The notes beneath the pieces were generated by a model. It did no database searches and was not told the origin of the DNA. It saw only the letters and a list, made by a program, of their open reading frames with translations. This document shows, piece by piece, positions 16,998-26,650 of a stretch of 64,000 nt of DNA (position 1 is the first letter of the stretch; each line of letters begins with the position of its first letter). The translations under genes were made by a program, and so were the position numbers. The stretch is taken from positions 1,307 to 65,306 of the forward strand of contig NZ_JAQVCH010000014.1 in assembly GCF_028689845.1 (NCBI RefSeq), written 5' to 3'. Origin of the DNA: Flavobacterium sp. GTDB lineage: Bacteria > Bacteroidota > Bacteroidia > Flavobacteriales > Flavobacteriaceae.

Positions 16998-18086
16998 ATG
17001 AGGACAGCTCTCGCAGAAAAGTTACTAGTTAAGATTATGGGTTGGAGTTCCAACCAAATAAGCGAGGAAAGACCTCTTATTCAGGCGTTATCAAGTTTTA
17101 AATATAATGAATACCAACAGTTTTCAATTGGAACTAGATTTGTGGAATCATTGGTTAAATGGCTTAATCAATTTGAGACAAAAGAAGAGAAAGATATTGC
17201 ATATAATTTCATTAAGAACAGATTGATTTTTATATCTAATGACCAGATGTTACATTTGGTTAATATTACATTTAGTGATAAAATAAATCCTTTTTTGATT
17301 AGGAAAAGTGCGGGTGTCCTAAATATTAATCCCTTTCTAGTAAGAAAAATAATTTCTAGTGATCAATATAAAACCATAACTCGTCGAAGTTTATTTATTG
17401 GGTTAAGTGACGGTTCAAGAATTGATCAATTAAGACGTTATAGTGGACTTAATAATGAGCAAGTTATTCCAACATATCAGATAGGAAAAGAAAAAGTAGA
17501 AGACATGAAGGCTGAATTAAAAAAAAGTAATGTAACCGATAGTTACAATACTGTTTTTTTAATTGATGATTTTACTGCTAGTGGAACTAGTTATTTTAGA
17601 CAGGAATCCAGTGAAAGAAAAGGGAAGATATTTAATGTGATAAATAGTGCATTGCATAATCAAGATGCAGAGCTCTATGGTTTAATTGACCACACAGAAA
17701 TAGTAGACATAAATATTATTTTTTACATTGCAACAGAAGAGTCTGTCAATAAACTAAGAAATGAAATAAATACTTGGAAAGAAGAATTTAATAGTAATTT
17801 TAATTTTACAATTGAAGTTGTTCAAAAAATTGAAGGAGGTTCAAAAATAAGTGTAGAAGAGGACAAAGAATTTGTTGAGTTATCAAAAAAATATATTGAT
17901 AAAAGTATTATTGATGTTCATTTTAAAAAAGCGAAATACGAAAATTACTTTTTAGGTTACAATGAGTGTGCGTTACCATTAATTCTTGTTCACAACACTC
18001 CAAATAATTCGATGCCACTATTATGGTGGGTATCAAGCGATAAAAAATTCATTGGTCTATTCCCAAGAGTTACACGTCACAAATAA
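16998..18086 (+). CDS. Phosphoribosyltransferase (PRTase)-like domain protein with an unknown N-terminal domain
   Basis: PRPP-binding-loop-like motif VFLIDDFTASGTS. The start is 1 nt after the upstream TGA stop. Confidence 0.6.
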   Translation: MRTALAEKLLVKIMGWSSNQISEERPLIQALSSFKYNEYQQFSIGTRFVESLVKWLNQFETKEEKDIAYNFIKNRLIFISNDQMLHLVNITFSDKINPFLIRKSAGVLNINPFLVRKIISSDQYKTITRRSLFIGLSDGSRIDQLRRYSGLNNEQVIPTYQIGKEKVEDMKAELKKSNVTDSYNTVFLIDDFTASGTSYFRQESSERKGKIFNVINSALHNQDAELYGLIDHTEIVDINIIFYIATEESVNKLRNEINTWKEEFNSNFNFTIEVVQKIEGGSKISVEEDKEFVELSKKYIDKSIIDVHFKKAKYENYFLGYNECALPLILVHNTPNNSMPLLWWVSSDKKFIGLFPRVTRHK

Positions 18087-18088
18087 TT

Positions 18089-19978
18089 ATGAGTAATAAA
18101 CTGAGAAATCCTTTTAAAATAAGAGCTTCTGAAAAAATTGATTCAGAAGCCGGTTTTTTACGATTATTTAGCCCTTTAGTTTTAGAATCTTTAAATGAGA
18201 AATTTCAATCCGGAAAATTGTGGGATAATGTATTGTATATACATAGTTCACCGGGTGCAGGAAAATCTTCATTAATAAGAGTTTTTGAACCATCGACGTT
18301 AAAAATTCTTATCAATAGTAAATCATCACCAGATTTCAAGGAGTTATTCAACTCCCTGAAAAGGATAGATGTGATTAATAATGATAAGATTGAAGTACTT
18401 AGTGTTTCCATGCAATGTACAAGAAATTATGAAATTTTAGAAGAGTTAAATATCAGTCCTGCACAGAAATCAAGACTCTTTTTTTCATTATTAAATTCAA
18501 GAATTGCTATTGCAACTTTGAGAAGTGCCTGTGTAATGATAAACAAAAGATTTCCGGAAGATTTAGAAGAGATTGTATTTAATTACAATAATTCAGATAA
18601 TTTTTTCAAGTCATTAAATCTGCCATGCACTGGGAAAGAATTATACGATTGGGCTTCTACGATTGAAAGAAATATATATAAAGCAATCGATAGTTTTTTG
18701 CCTTTAGAGGATAATGAAATAGAGGGACACGACGAATTATTTTCACTTATTACCTTAACCCCATCTAATATTCTTTATAATGCTACCCCTATTTGCACAA
18801 AAATCTTATTTGTGTTGGATGATGCTCATAAATTATCAACTGATCAAAGAAAAAGACTAAAAAAATATTTAGCTGAGAAAAGGGGGGATTTTACAATTTG
18901 GATATCAGAAAGATTAGAAGCTTTGGAATCGATAGAGAACTTAGGGTCTAGCTTGGAAAGAGATTATAATGAAATAAATCTTGAAGATTTTTGGAGGAAA
19001 CATCCAGCTAAATTTGAAAAAATTGTAAGAAGTATTTCTGAAAAAAGAGCAAATATTTCTACAGAGGATGTTTCTTCATTTCAAAATTATCTGTCAGATA
19101 ATTTTAATGAAGAGAGAAATAAGGAAAGTTTGAAAAATTTTACAAGTTCCAAACTAGAGTACTTTAATCAAATTTCTACATATTCAAATAAATTTGATGA
19201 GTGGATAGATTATATTACGAATTTACAGATTAGTGATTTTGAAAGAGCTCAGGCAGTCAGTGAATTGGAGATTCTTATACATAGAAATATTGGCAAGCAA
19301 CAGCTAAGTTTTGAATTTCCGCTTACCGTCGAAGAGTTGAAACATAAAAATAGTCATGATGTTGGTGTTGCAGCAAATTTGTTTTTATCTACAAAAATGA
19401 AATTACCCTACTATTTTGGTTTCAATACACTAGCAAAATCTTCCTCATCAAATATTGAACAGTTTTTAACCTTCTCAGGAGGACTGTTTGAAGAAATGAT
19501 TTCAAAGAAAATATCAGGAGAAGATTTAGTGTTAACAGATGCTGAACAACATGATGTCTTAAAAGAAATAGCTACTCAAAAATGGAAAGAATTAAGAAGA
19601 ATAATTCCTTTTCAAGAACAAGTAATTAATTTCTTAACCGCAATTGGCGAATTTTCTAAGAAGGAAACATTTAAGCCAAATGCCCCATATTCTCCAGGAG
19701 TGAATGGTTTCGCAATAAAACCTAATAAAGAGCCCAAATTAATTAATAATACTGAGCATTGGACTGACGATTTAGTATATGAATCATTAATAAATGTTTT
19801 ATCAACATGCGTTGCATATAACTTGCTGGAAGTTCAATCTACAAATCAAGGAAAAAAAGATCAATCATGGGATGTATATTATCTTAATAGATGGTTGTGC
19901 ATTTTATTTGATCTGCCTTTATCTTATGGGGGATGGAGACATAAGTCGCCTGATGAATTAACTAAATGGTTAAAATAA
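18089..19978 (+). CDS. P-loop NTPase (AAA/STAND-like) of unknown function
   Basis: Walker A SSPGAGKSS and Walker B ILFVLDDAH. 629 aa. Only a 2-nt gap from the upstream gene. Confidence 0.7.
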   Translation: MSNKLRNPFKIRASEKIDSEAGFLRLFSPLVLESLNEKFQSGKLWDNVLYIHSSPGAGKSSLIRVFEPSTLKILINSKSSPDFKELFNSLKRIDVINNDKIEVLSVSMQCTRNYEILEELNISPAQKSRLFFSLLNSRIAIATLRSACVMINKRFPEDLEEIVFNYNNSDNFFKSLNLPCTGKELYDWASTIERNIYKAIDSFLPLEDNEIEGHDELFSLITLTPSNILYNATPICTKILFVLDDAHKLSTDQRKRLKKYLAEKRGDFTIWISERLEALESIENLGSSLERDYNEINLEDFWRKHPAKFEKIVRSISEKRANISTEDVSSFQNYLSDNFNEERNKESLKNFTSSKLEYFNQISTYSNKFDEWIDYITNLQISDFERAQAVSELEILIHRNIGKQQLSFEFPLTVEELKHKNSHDVGVAANLFLSTKMKLPYYFGFNTLAKSSSSNIEQFLTFSGGLFEEMISKKISGEDLVLTDAEQHDVLKEIATQKWKELRRIIPFQEQVINFLTAIGEFSKKETFKPNAPYSPGVNGFAIKPNKEPKLINNTEHWTDDLVYESLINVLSTCVAYNLLEVQSTNQGKKDQSWDVYYLNRWLCILFDLPLSYGGWRHKSPDELTKWLK

Positions 19979-21114
19979 TGGAAGAAAACAGATGGAATCC
20001 TTATGTTTTATTGCAAGATGAGAGTGTCAAAGAATTATGGCGTAATCATTTTTATGGTAGCAACAAGAAAGTGTTGTTTATACTAGGAAAAGGATTTGAT
20101 GTCAGAATGAATTTAGGAATTCAAAGTTTAATTGAAATTTGTCCAAATATAGACTTGGATTGTTTATTAATTGGACTTGATGAAGGCAAGGACTCAAGTT
20201 CTCATAAACTTCAAGATTTAGTAGATGAGAATATCGATGAAATCAATTCTCTTCTTGTCAATCAAAAAATTATAAAAAAGGAGTTAAAATTGTGGAGTTC
20301 CAAAGGAAAGAAGAAAGTAAAAATTGGCGATAGAGAAGCATCGAACTTAATTGAAGGATACGAAGAGATTAAGAATTACACAGATATAATTGTTGATATT
20401 AGTGCACTTCCCAGAGGTGTTTACTTTTCTTTAATAGGAAAGCTACTTACATTAATAGATAAATATTCGGATAACACTCAAAATTTATTTGTTTGTATAT
20501 CTGAGAATGCAAAAATAGATGAGTTAACAAAAGAAAAAGTAACAGAAGGAGATGTAAATTTTTTACATGGTTTTGGTGGAGGAATTGAGATAACTTCTGA
20601 AATTGATAAGCCTTTAGTTTGGTTTCCCATTCTCGGAGAAGAGAAATTATCACACGTTAGAAAAGCATTTGGAAAGATTACAGAGACGAAAAATAGATTG
20701 TATGAAATTTGCCCAACTTTTCCTTTTCCATCTAAAGACCCGAGGCGTTCTGATTCTATATTGATAGAATATCACGAATTATTATTTGATGAACTTGGAA
20801 TAGAACCTCAAAATATTATGTATATTTCTGAGAGGAATCCATTTGAAGCCTACATTCAGTTAAGTAATGCTATTAAAAATTATAAAAAATCGCTTGAAAT
20901 AATAAAAGGTTGTAAGGCAGCGTTATCTAATTTTTCTAGTAAACTACTATCTATCGGCACCTTATTAGCGGCTTATGAAAACAGAGATGATATTGGGGTA
21001 TTAAATGTTGATTCTCAGGGGTATGACTATGTTGATAAAAATGAAGTAAAAAAAATCAAGTTAGAAAGTGAACTTTTTGTAACTTGGCTAACTGGAGAAC
21101 CATACAATGATTAG
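19978..21114 (+). CDS. Hypothetical protein, fourth gene of the operon
   Basis: ORF in frame with the track start at 19966. ATG 19978 gives a TAATG overlap with the upstream stop. No motif recognised. Confidence 0.55.
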   Translation: MEENRWNPYVLLQDESVKELWRNHFYGSNKKVLFILGKGFDVRMNLGIQSLIEICPNIDLDCLLIGLDEGKDSSSHKLQDLVDENIDEINSLLVNQKIIKKELKLWSSKGKKKVKIGDREASNLIEGYEEIKNYTDIIVDISALPRGVYFSLIGKLLTLIDKYSDNTQNLFVCISENAKIDELTKEKVTEGDVNFLHGFGGGIEITSEIDKPLVWFPILGEEKLSHVRKAFGKITETKNRLYEICPTFPFPSKDPRRSDSILIEYHELLFDELGIEPQNIMYISERNPFEAYIQLSNAIKNYKKSLEIIKGCKAALSNFSSKLLSIGTLLAAYENRDDIGVLNVDSQGYDYVDKNEVKKIKLESELFVTWLTGEPYND

Positions 21115-22156
21115 CATAAAAAAAATACAAAAAAGAGAGGCTACTTGTGTAGGAAGTGGTCTTGTGGCATTAGATGTAATTGTTAATGGTAGTCCATCTA
21201 CTCCGGCTAAATTATGTGCAGGAGGTTCTTGTGGAAACGTGCTATCGATACTAGCATTTTTAGGATGGGACTCGATGCCAATTGCTAGACTAGCGGATAA
21301 TAATGCATCTGAGAAGCTTTTCGATGACTTTTTAAATATCGAGGTCAATACTTCCCTCATAACAACATCAAAAGACGGCACAACTCCAATAATTATCCAT
21401 CGTATTTTGAAAGATAAGGAAGGAAATCCTAAGCATAAATTTGAGTTTAGAGTCCCAGATACTAATGCTTGGTTACCTATGTATAGACCGGTATTGGCCT
21501 CAGCAGTAAATGAATTAATTTCTTTACAATCAGAGTGTAAAGTTTTTTATTTTGATAGAGTTTCTAGATCAACAATCAATTTGGCAAAATATTATAAATC
21601 AAAGGGAGCTTTAATTGTTTTTGAGCCATCTTCAATTAAAGACGACAAACAATTTGTTGAATGTTTGGATATACCTCATATTATTAAATTTTCAAGCGAT
21701 AGAATAAAAAATTATTCTGACTTATTTCCTGTACCAATTGCTCAACTTGAAATTGAAACTTTAGGGAAAGATGGTTTACGCTATAGATTGAAATCAGACA
21801 AAAATCCTTATTGGAAAACTATACCTTCATTTAAATTTGAGGACATTAAAGATACAGCTGGAGCTGGTGATTGGTGTACAGCTGGAATAATTAATGAACT
21901 TGGTTTTGATGGTTTAGAATCTTTTATGAAATCTGATAAAAGTGAAATCGAAAGAGCTCTTACTATAGGTCAAGTAATGGGAGGTATTAATTGTAGCTAT
22001 GACGGAGCCAGAGGTATAATGTATAATATGTCTTATCAGTCATTTATTGATGTGGCACAGGCGATTCTCAATCAGAATAAAAAAATACCAACTATTGAAC
22101 AAAGCCCAATTAAAATTTCTTCAATTAGTAATTTTAAATTTGATTTAATTCTTTAA
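21107..22156 (+). CDS. PfkB-family (ribokinase-like) carbohydrate/nucleoside kinase
   Basis: PfkB signature DTAGAGDWCTAG near the C-terminus and a Gly-rich N-terminal CVGSGLVALDV. Has an 8-nt overlap with the upstream gene. Confidence 0.75.
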   Translation: MISIKKIQKREATCVGSGLVALDVIVNGSPSTPAKLCAGGSCGNVLSILAFLGWDSMPIARLADNNASEKLFDDFLNIEVNTSLITTSKDGTTPIIIHRILKDKEGNPKHKFEFRVPDTNAWLPMYRPVLASAVNELISLQSECKVFYFDRVSRSTINLAKYYKSKGALIVFEPSSIKDDKQFVECLDIPHIIKFSSDRIKNYSDLFPVPIAQLEIETLGKDGLRYRLKSDKNPYWKTIPSFKFEDIKDTAGAGDWCTAGIINELGFDGLESFMKSDKSEIERALTIGQVMGGINCSYDGARGIMYNMSYQSFIDVAQAILNQNKKIPTIEQSPIKISSISNFKFDLIL

Positions 22157-22162
22157 TTATTC

Positions 22163-22195
22163 CAAGTAACTTAAAATTTTACTTGCCATTTTTTT
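22163..22195 (+). terminator. Rho-independent terminator of the 5-gene operon
   Basis: caagtaa-cttaaaatt-ttacttg followed by ccattttttt. Confidence 0.6.
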
Positions 22196-22292
22196 AGATA
22201 CTACAATTAATTTTATTTTGAGTTTTCAAAAATTACTTTTAAATTTGACTAAATTTTTTCAAAATAAAATATTATTGTTAATAATCATTGGA

Positions 22293-22326
22293 AGCGAGAC
22301 TTGAAAGTTTCGCTTTCTTTGTTTTT
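22293..22326 (+). terminator. Terminator-like hairpin; sequence-related to the one at 31217-31245
   Basis: agcgagac-ttgaaa-gtttcgct followed by ttctttgttttt. Confidence 0.5.
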
Positions 22327-22397
22327 AGAGAAGGTTTTACTTTCTCATGGTGTTATAGTAACATTGCCAAAAAATAAACGGTTATAAAGTCTATAAA

Positions 22398-23012
22398 ATG
22401 AAAACAGAACTCAGTAAAAATGGCTTTATTCATTTGACAAACCAAAGCCAAGAACAGCTACAAAGTGTGATTAATTCCCTTGGCGATGTCATCATGACTA
22501 CAGATGTGGTTGTAAAGACCGAAAGCAAAGGTATGGTAACCACAGCCCTAGGCTTGGATTATCATACAGATCACCATAAGGCAAAATATATTTTATGGTA
22601 TTGTTATAAACAAACAGACAAAGGCGGGGAAAGCATCATCATTGATGCCGAAAAAGTGTATTCGAAATTATCACTAGAATTTCAGGAAGAACTAAAAAAA
22701 ATTAATCTCTTTGAACATAAAGTATTCCCGGACGATCAAGAATATTATCCATTAGTCGCCTTAGATGAAAAGGGTAAGAAAAAGTTCTACTACTCTTTTT
22801 GGCTTGTTAAAGATGAGGATAGAAGTAATGTAGCTTTAAGGGAATTTCAAAAAATTATAAAGGAAACGGATGCTACAGAAATCAAATTGCAAGAGGGAGA
22901 TATTTTGATTGTAGACAACCATAGAGTTTTTCACGGAAGAAAAGCGATAGAAGGAAGCAAAAATCGTTTTCTAAAGAGGTATTGGATAGTGGAATCAAAT
23001 AAAAATTTATAA
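22398..23012 (+). CDS. TauD/TfdA-like Fe(II)/2-oxoglutarate dioxygenase family protein
   Basis: 204-aa ORF with HTDH (His-x-Asp) and a distal NHRVFHGR motif. Confidence 0.6.
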   Translation: MKTELSKNGFIHLTNQSQEQLQSVINSLGDVIMTTDVVVKTESKGMVTTALGLDYHTDHHKAKYILWYCYKQTDKGGESIIIDAEKVYSKLSLEFQEELKKINLFEHKVFPDDQEYYPLVALDEKGKKKFYYSFWLVKDEDRSNVALREFQKIIKETDATEIKLQEGDILIVDNHRVFHGRKAIEGSKNRFLKRYWIVESNKNL

Positions 23013-23031
23013 ATTATAAAACAATCAAAAA

Positions 23032-23541
23032 ATGGAACAAGCAACACTTATGTATCCCGAACCAATTAGTAAGGAAAGAATATCCTACTTAATTAACGAT
23101 AAAAACATTGACTCTAAAATTGCAGTACTTGATTTTGAGATGATTAAAATGAAGCTCCGCGAACCCGAAGAAGGAGAAAATTGGACACCCGAGCAATGCG
23201 AAAGTGCAGAAGTTGAATACAAACGATACTTGAATTTATGTTTGATTTTTGGTAAAGGAATTGTGCCCAATAAAATTCAAGATAAATTTTGGCATTATCA
23301 TATTCTTGACACAAGGGCGTATCACAAAGATTGCGAGACTATTTTCGGACATTATTTACATCATTTCCCATATTTTGGAATGCGGGGAGAAGAAGATGCT
23401 AAAGACTTAGAAAATGCGTTTTACAAGACAAAGGAACTATACGCCCAAACATTTGGGGAAGAAATGACTAGAGAAAGTCAAGAAATGAAATGTTGGCATG
23501 ATTGTCAGAACAGATGTTGGAATGCTTGTTCTAATAAATAA
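23032..23541 (+). CDS. Glycine-rich-domain-protein-like (DUF1399-like) protein with a Cys/Trp-rich tail
   Basis: Motif FWHYHILDTRAYHKDC...HYLHH. The C-terminus is KCWHDCQNRCWNACSNK. Confidence 0.5.
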   Translation: MEQATLMYPEPISKERISYLINDKNIDSKIAVLDFEMIKMKLREPEEGENWTPEQCESAEVEYKRYLNLCLIFGKGIVPNKIQDKFWHYHILDTRAYHKDCETIFGHYLHHFPYFGMRGEEDAKDLENAFYKTKELYAQTFGEEMTRESQEMKCWHDCQNRCWNACSNK

Positions 23542-23780
23542 TTGATTGACACAAAAAACGAAAGACACTACGGCTCATCCGCCATCGACTGTAATTTTTC
23601 AATTGCTTTTTCTTTGCTCATGATAAGGTTGATTTATACAAAGTTAATCAAAAATAATCTTGCTTTCAGTTATACTGAAATTTGGGTCAGCATAACCAAA
23701 ATGAAGAAGAAAGCAAGAGATTTTACTATTTTAGAAACCTAATTTCAAAGTCGGATGGTTGTACATCGTTTTGGAAATCC

Positions 23781-24239
23781 TTAATCCTTGTGCTTCAATA
23801 GATAGCTTTCTATTTCCATATAATCAAAGATGTTTTCTTCGATAACAACCTGTTTAAATATATCCACTTGAATTTCTGCATCGAGTTCATCTTCATTCAT
23901 AGACTGTGCTTCGGCAATGTAAAATTGCCATCCTACAAGGTCAATTCTATTTTGATTGTCATACAATAATTTTGCAAGCTCCAATTCTGATGGTGGTGCT
24001 TTTAATAGCGATGCCCATTTATCAAAGTTTGCAATTTTTGCAATGACGTGCTGTGCATTCATAAGACTGAAATTTTCTTCGTCAATGTCAAAGTCCGCAA
24101 TAACCATTTCTATGTCGAAATACTTTGGTGTGTATTCGTAAAGAAAAGCAGTAGCTGTTTTGTCTAAAACAGGAGTTTTCGTTTTAAAATCTTTGTGTAG
24201 ATTTTTTGCTTGAAGTTTGAAGTAATCAATAGTATTCAT
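23781..24239 (-). CDS. Hypothetical acidic protein
   Basis: 152-aa ORF with no recognisable motif. Confidence 0.5.
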   Translation of the reverse strand: MNTIDYFKLQAKNLHKDFKTKTPVLDKTATAFLYEYTPKYFDIEMVIADFDIDEENFSLMNAQHVIAKIANFDKWASLLKAPPSELELAKLLYDNQNRIDLVGWQFYIAEAQSMNEDELDAEIQVDIFKQVVIEENIFDYMEIESYLLKHKD

Positions 24240-24416
24240 AATATAATCCTTTTATTTCAAAGATTATTACCCTGAGATTTTGCGTTCGTATTCTTTGGTC
24301 GGATAATAAGCTCTGAAGGTTATATTATCTAGTTATTGGTTGATGAAATCTTCGCACGAACGAGCAGGCTTACCAAAAAAACCTGCCACAAATATAAAAA
24401 TTTCATTCAAATAATT

Positions 24417-25016
24417 TTAATGAGTTTCAAATTTATTTAACCAACATCCGAGTTTCATAGCACAAAATATTTCAAACAGATATAATTCTTCACTGTTTTC
24501 AATTGGCAGGAAAGCTATTTTTTGTTTAAACAGGAAATCTTTCGCAGGGGTAACATTATTATTAAAATCAAATTCTTTACGCCTTCCAGTGTATTCTTCG
24601 CCATTTAAAATTTGATGTCTAATCAAACCTATATTATAAGCCAATGTAGATGTGTTATGACTTTTGCCTCTTAAGTGCTGTAATGTCCTATGGATTATCC
24701 CTCTTGATATCCCAACATAAATTGGTTCGCTTCCATGAACGAAAACATACAGTCCTTTTACATCGGTTTTGTTTTTTCCGCCTTTGGTTTTGTAAGTATA
24801 GATGTCTTCGGATTTGAAAACGTTGTCTGTTAAAAGTTTTTTTCTAATAGAAGCCAATCCATTGCCGGTACTAAAGTGCTTTTCGATTTCGACACAGTTG
24901 TTTACAGGATCAAAATTGGCAAGTTTCTCCTCAAAATTATCCACTATGGTAGCAAATGATTTTCTGTAATCTTGCTTCTGTAAAAGGGTTTCTAATAAAG
25001 TACTTTCTAATTTCAT
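24417..25016 (-). CDS. GIY-YIG-like nuclease domain protein (tentative)
   Basis: GLYVFVHGSEPIYVGISRGIIHRTLQH resembles the GIY...YIG...R motif. TAATG overlap with the upstream GNAT gene. Confidence 0.5.
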   Translation of the reverse strand: MKLESTLLETLLQKQDYRKSFATIVDNFEEKLANFDPVNNCVEIEKHFSTGNGLASIRKKLLTDNVFKSEDIYTYKTKGGKNKTDVKGLYVFVHGSEPIYVGISRGIIHRTLQHLRGKSHNTSTLAYNIGLIRHQILNGEEYTGRRKEFDFNNNVTPAKDFLFKQKIAFLPIENSEELYLFEIFCAMKLGCWLNKFETH

Positions 25017-25489
25017 TACAGAGAATCTTTAAATCCGAGTTTTGTATTTATATGAATTGTCTTTTCATTGTCATCTTGGGTAATTGCTTTTACATATTCA
25101 ATTTTTGGGTTTTCGAATGCGTGTCGAATTAGTTTTAATTTAATTTCAGTTCCTATTTTTTTACCCCTATGTTCTGAATCCACACCAATTGTATAAATGT
25201 AAAATGTTTTTTTGTCATCATCAATATAGCCGTAACCATATCCGATGCATTTATTTTCAAATTTCACTAAACAGTATATGAGTCCAGGGAATGAATATGG
25301 GCTTTTAGTCGTCAATGCTGATTCGGTTAAAATGGTTATTTCCTCACTTATTTCAGATGATACTTTTGTTTGAAGTTCTATTAATCCTTTGGCTTCATCA
25401 TTAGTCAGCGTTTCTTTTAAAATGAATTCATTTTTTAATTCTTCATCATAATTAAAATCTTCTTTTTTCAATAAATATGTTTTTCCCAT
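25016..25489 (-). CDS. GNAT-family N-acetyltransferase
   Basis: Acetyl-CoA-binding-like motif VDSEHRGKKIGTEIKLKLIRHAF. 157 aa. Confidence 0.7.
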   Translation of the reverse strand: MGKTYLLKKEDFNYDEELKNEFILKETLTNDEAKGLIELQTKVSSEISEEITILTESALTTKSPYSFPGLIYCLVKFENKCIGYGYGYIDDDKKTFYIYTIGVDSEHRGKKIGTEIKLKLIRHAFENPKIEYVKAITQDDNEKTIHINTKLGFKDSL

Positions 25490-25508
25490 AGTGGTGTCGT
25501 AATTTTAA

Positions 25509-26636
25509 TTATTCGCTCTCAATAGGAGGCATTTGAAATTGATCTTCCAACCACAGATTAATGAGTGTTTGCGATTTAAGAAATGAAGTTACAAATCCAA
25601 ATAAAGCCTTGAACGGAATATTTTCAATTCTCAATAAATGTGTCCTGAATGATGCATCGGTTGTTTTATCCCCCGAAGCCAGATTATCATTTCCTCTGCT
25701 TACAGCATTTTCTCCCTCATAGACGTTTATTGCTAAATCCAAATGGTTTAGAGTAGCGTTTTCAAAATCGGTTCCATACGGACTATCAGTATCTAAATGA
25801 ATCATTCTTCCGAATCTTAGTCCATAGTTGTTGATTGCTGTAATTTCTTCTATCATCATAGAGAGATTACCATTATTATTCCTTTTCACAATAACCTCGA
25901 GCCTTAAAATCTTTTTGATATGTAACTCCCAATATTGTCTGTAATTTTCTTTTGGCGAACAGTCATCTAAAATATAGCAAGCACCTTCTTTGTTACGATT
26001 ATATATTGATAAGTTCCTCCACCAATTTGGGTTTGCAGGCATTGAGATGGATTCAAACATTCTTTGGGGTGGAATATCATCATAAGCCTTATATGGATTG
26101 GCTCTTATGTACAAAGGCTTGTCTGTAAAGTTTGCCTTAGTCCAAGTGTATAATAATGGATTCAATTCGGAATCAATAAGTGTAAAAGAATTATTTATCC
26201 TTAAAATTTCAGAATTATTTATCTGACTAAAAGCATCACTTTTAATCAGCTCAAAATCTTGAACTCCGTTTTCTTTTCTTCTGATTGCATCAAATAAGCT
26301 AGGCTCTTTTTGGAATAACGGTTGTGACATTTCATAAATTTCACATCTTCTTTTCCAACTCAGTTTGGATTTTATTTCATCAATTTCAAATGTCATCATG
26401 AAACAGGTAATCCTTTCCATTCCATTAAAGTTTAGAAAATTACCTATTATCAGATAACCGCTGACCATTTCGATTTCTCTCTCATCAATAAAATCAATTC
26501 TAAAGTCCAACAAATCCTTAATATCCTTATTGCCATTGTTTAATTCGCTGTTTAAAAAATCATGTGTGGCTACGCCAGAATCGTTAATTTTAACTGCGAG
26601 ACGTTCAAGGCTCTTATAGTAGTTTTCAATATCCAT
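25509..26636 (-). CDS. Hypothetical protein (375 aa)
   Basis: Long ORF within a co-directional tight cluster. No motif recognised. Confidence 0.55.
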   Translation of the reverse strand: MDIENYYKSLERLAVKINDSGVATHDFLNSELNNGNKDIKDLLDFRIDFIDEREIEMVSGYLIIGNFLNFNGMERITCFMMTFEIDEIKSKLSWKRRCEIYEMSQPLFQKEPSLFDAIRRKENGVQDFELIKSDAFSQINNSEILRINNSFTLIDSELNPLLYTWTKANFTDKPLYIRANPYKAYDDIPPQRMFESISMPANPNWWRNLSIYNRNKEGACYILDDCSPKENYRQYWELHIKKILRLEVIVKRNNNGNLSMMIEEITAINNYGLRFGRMIHLDTDSPYGTDFENATLNHLDLAINVYEGENAVSRGNDNLASGDKTTDASFRTHLLRIENIPFKALFGFVTSFLKSQTLINLWLEDQFQMPPIESE

Positions 26637-26650
26637 TTTAGTGTGCTGTA

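Noticed and set aside
23542-23742. A 66-aa ORF between convergent genes
   Set aside because: It has a TTG start and no motifs, and it sits in the convergent intergenic region. The region does contain an imperfect long inverted repeat (aatcttgctttc ... gaaagcaagagatt) with an inner tttcagt/actgaaa hairpin, which more likely has a terminator or structural role.
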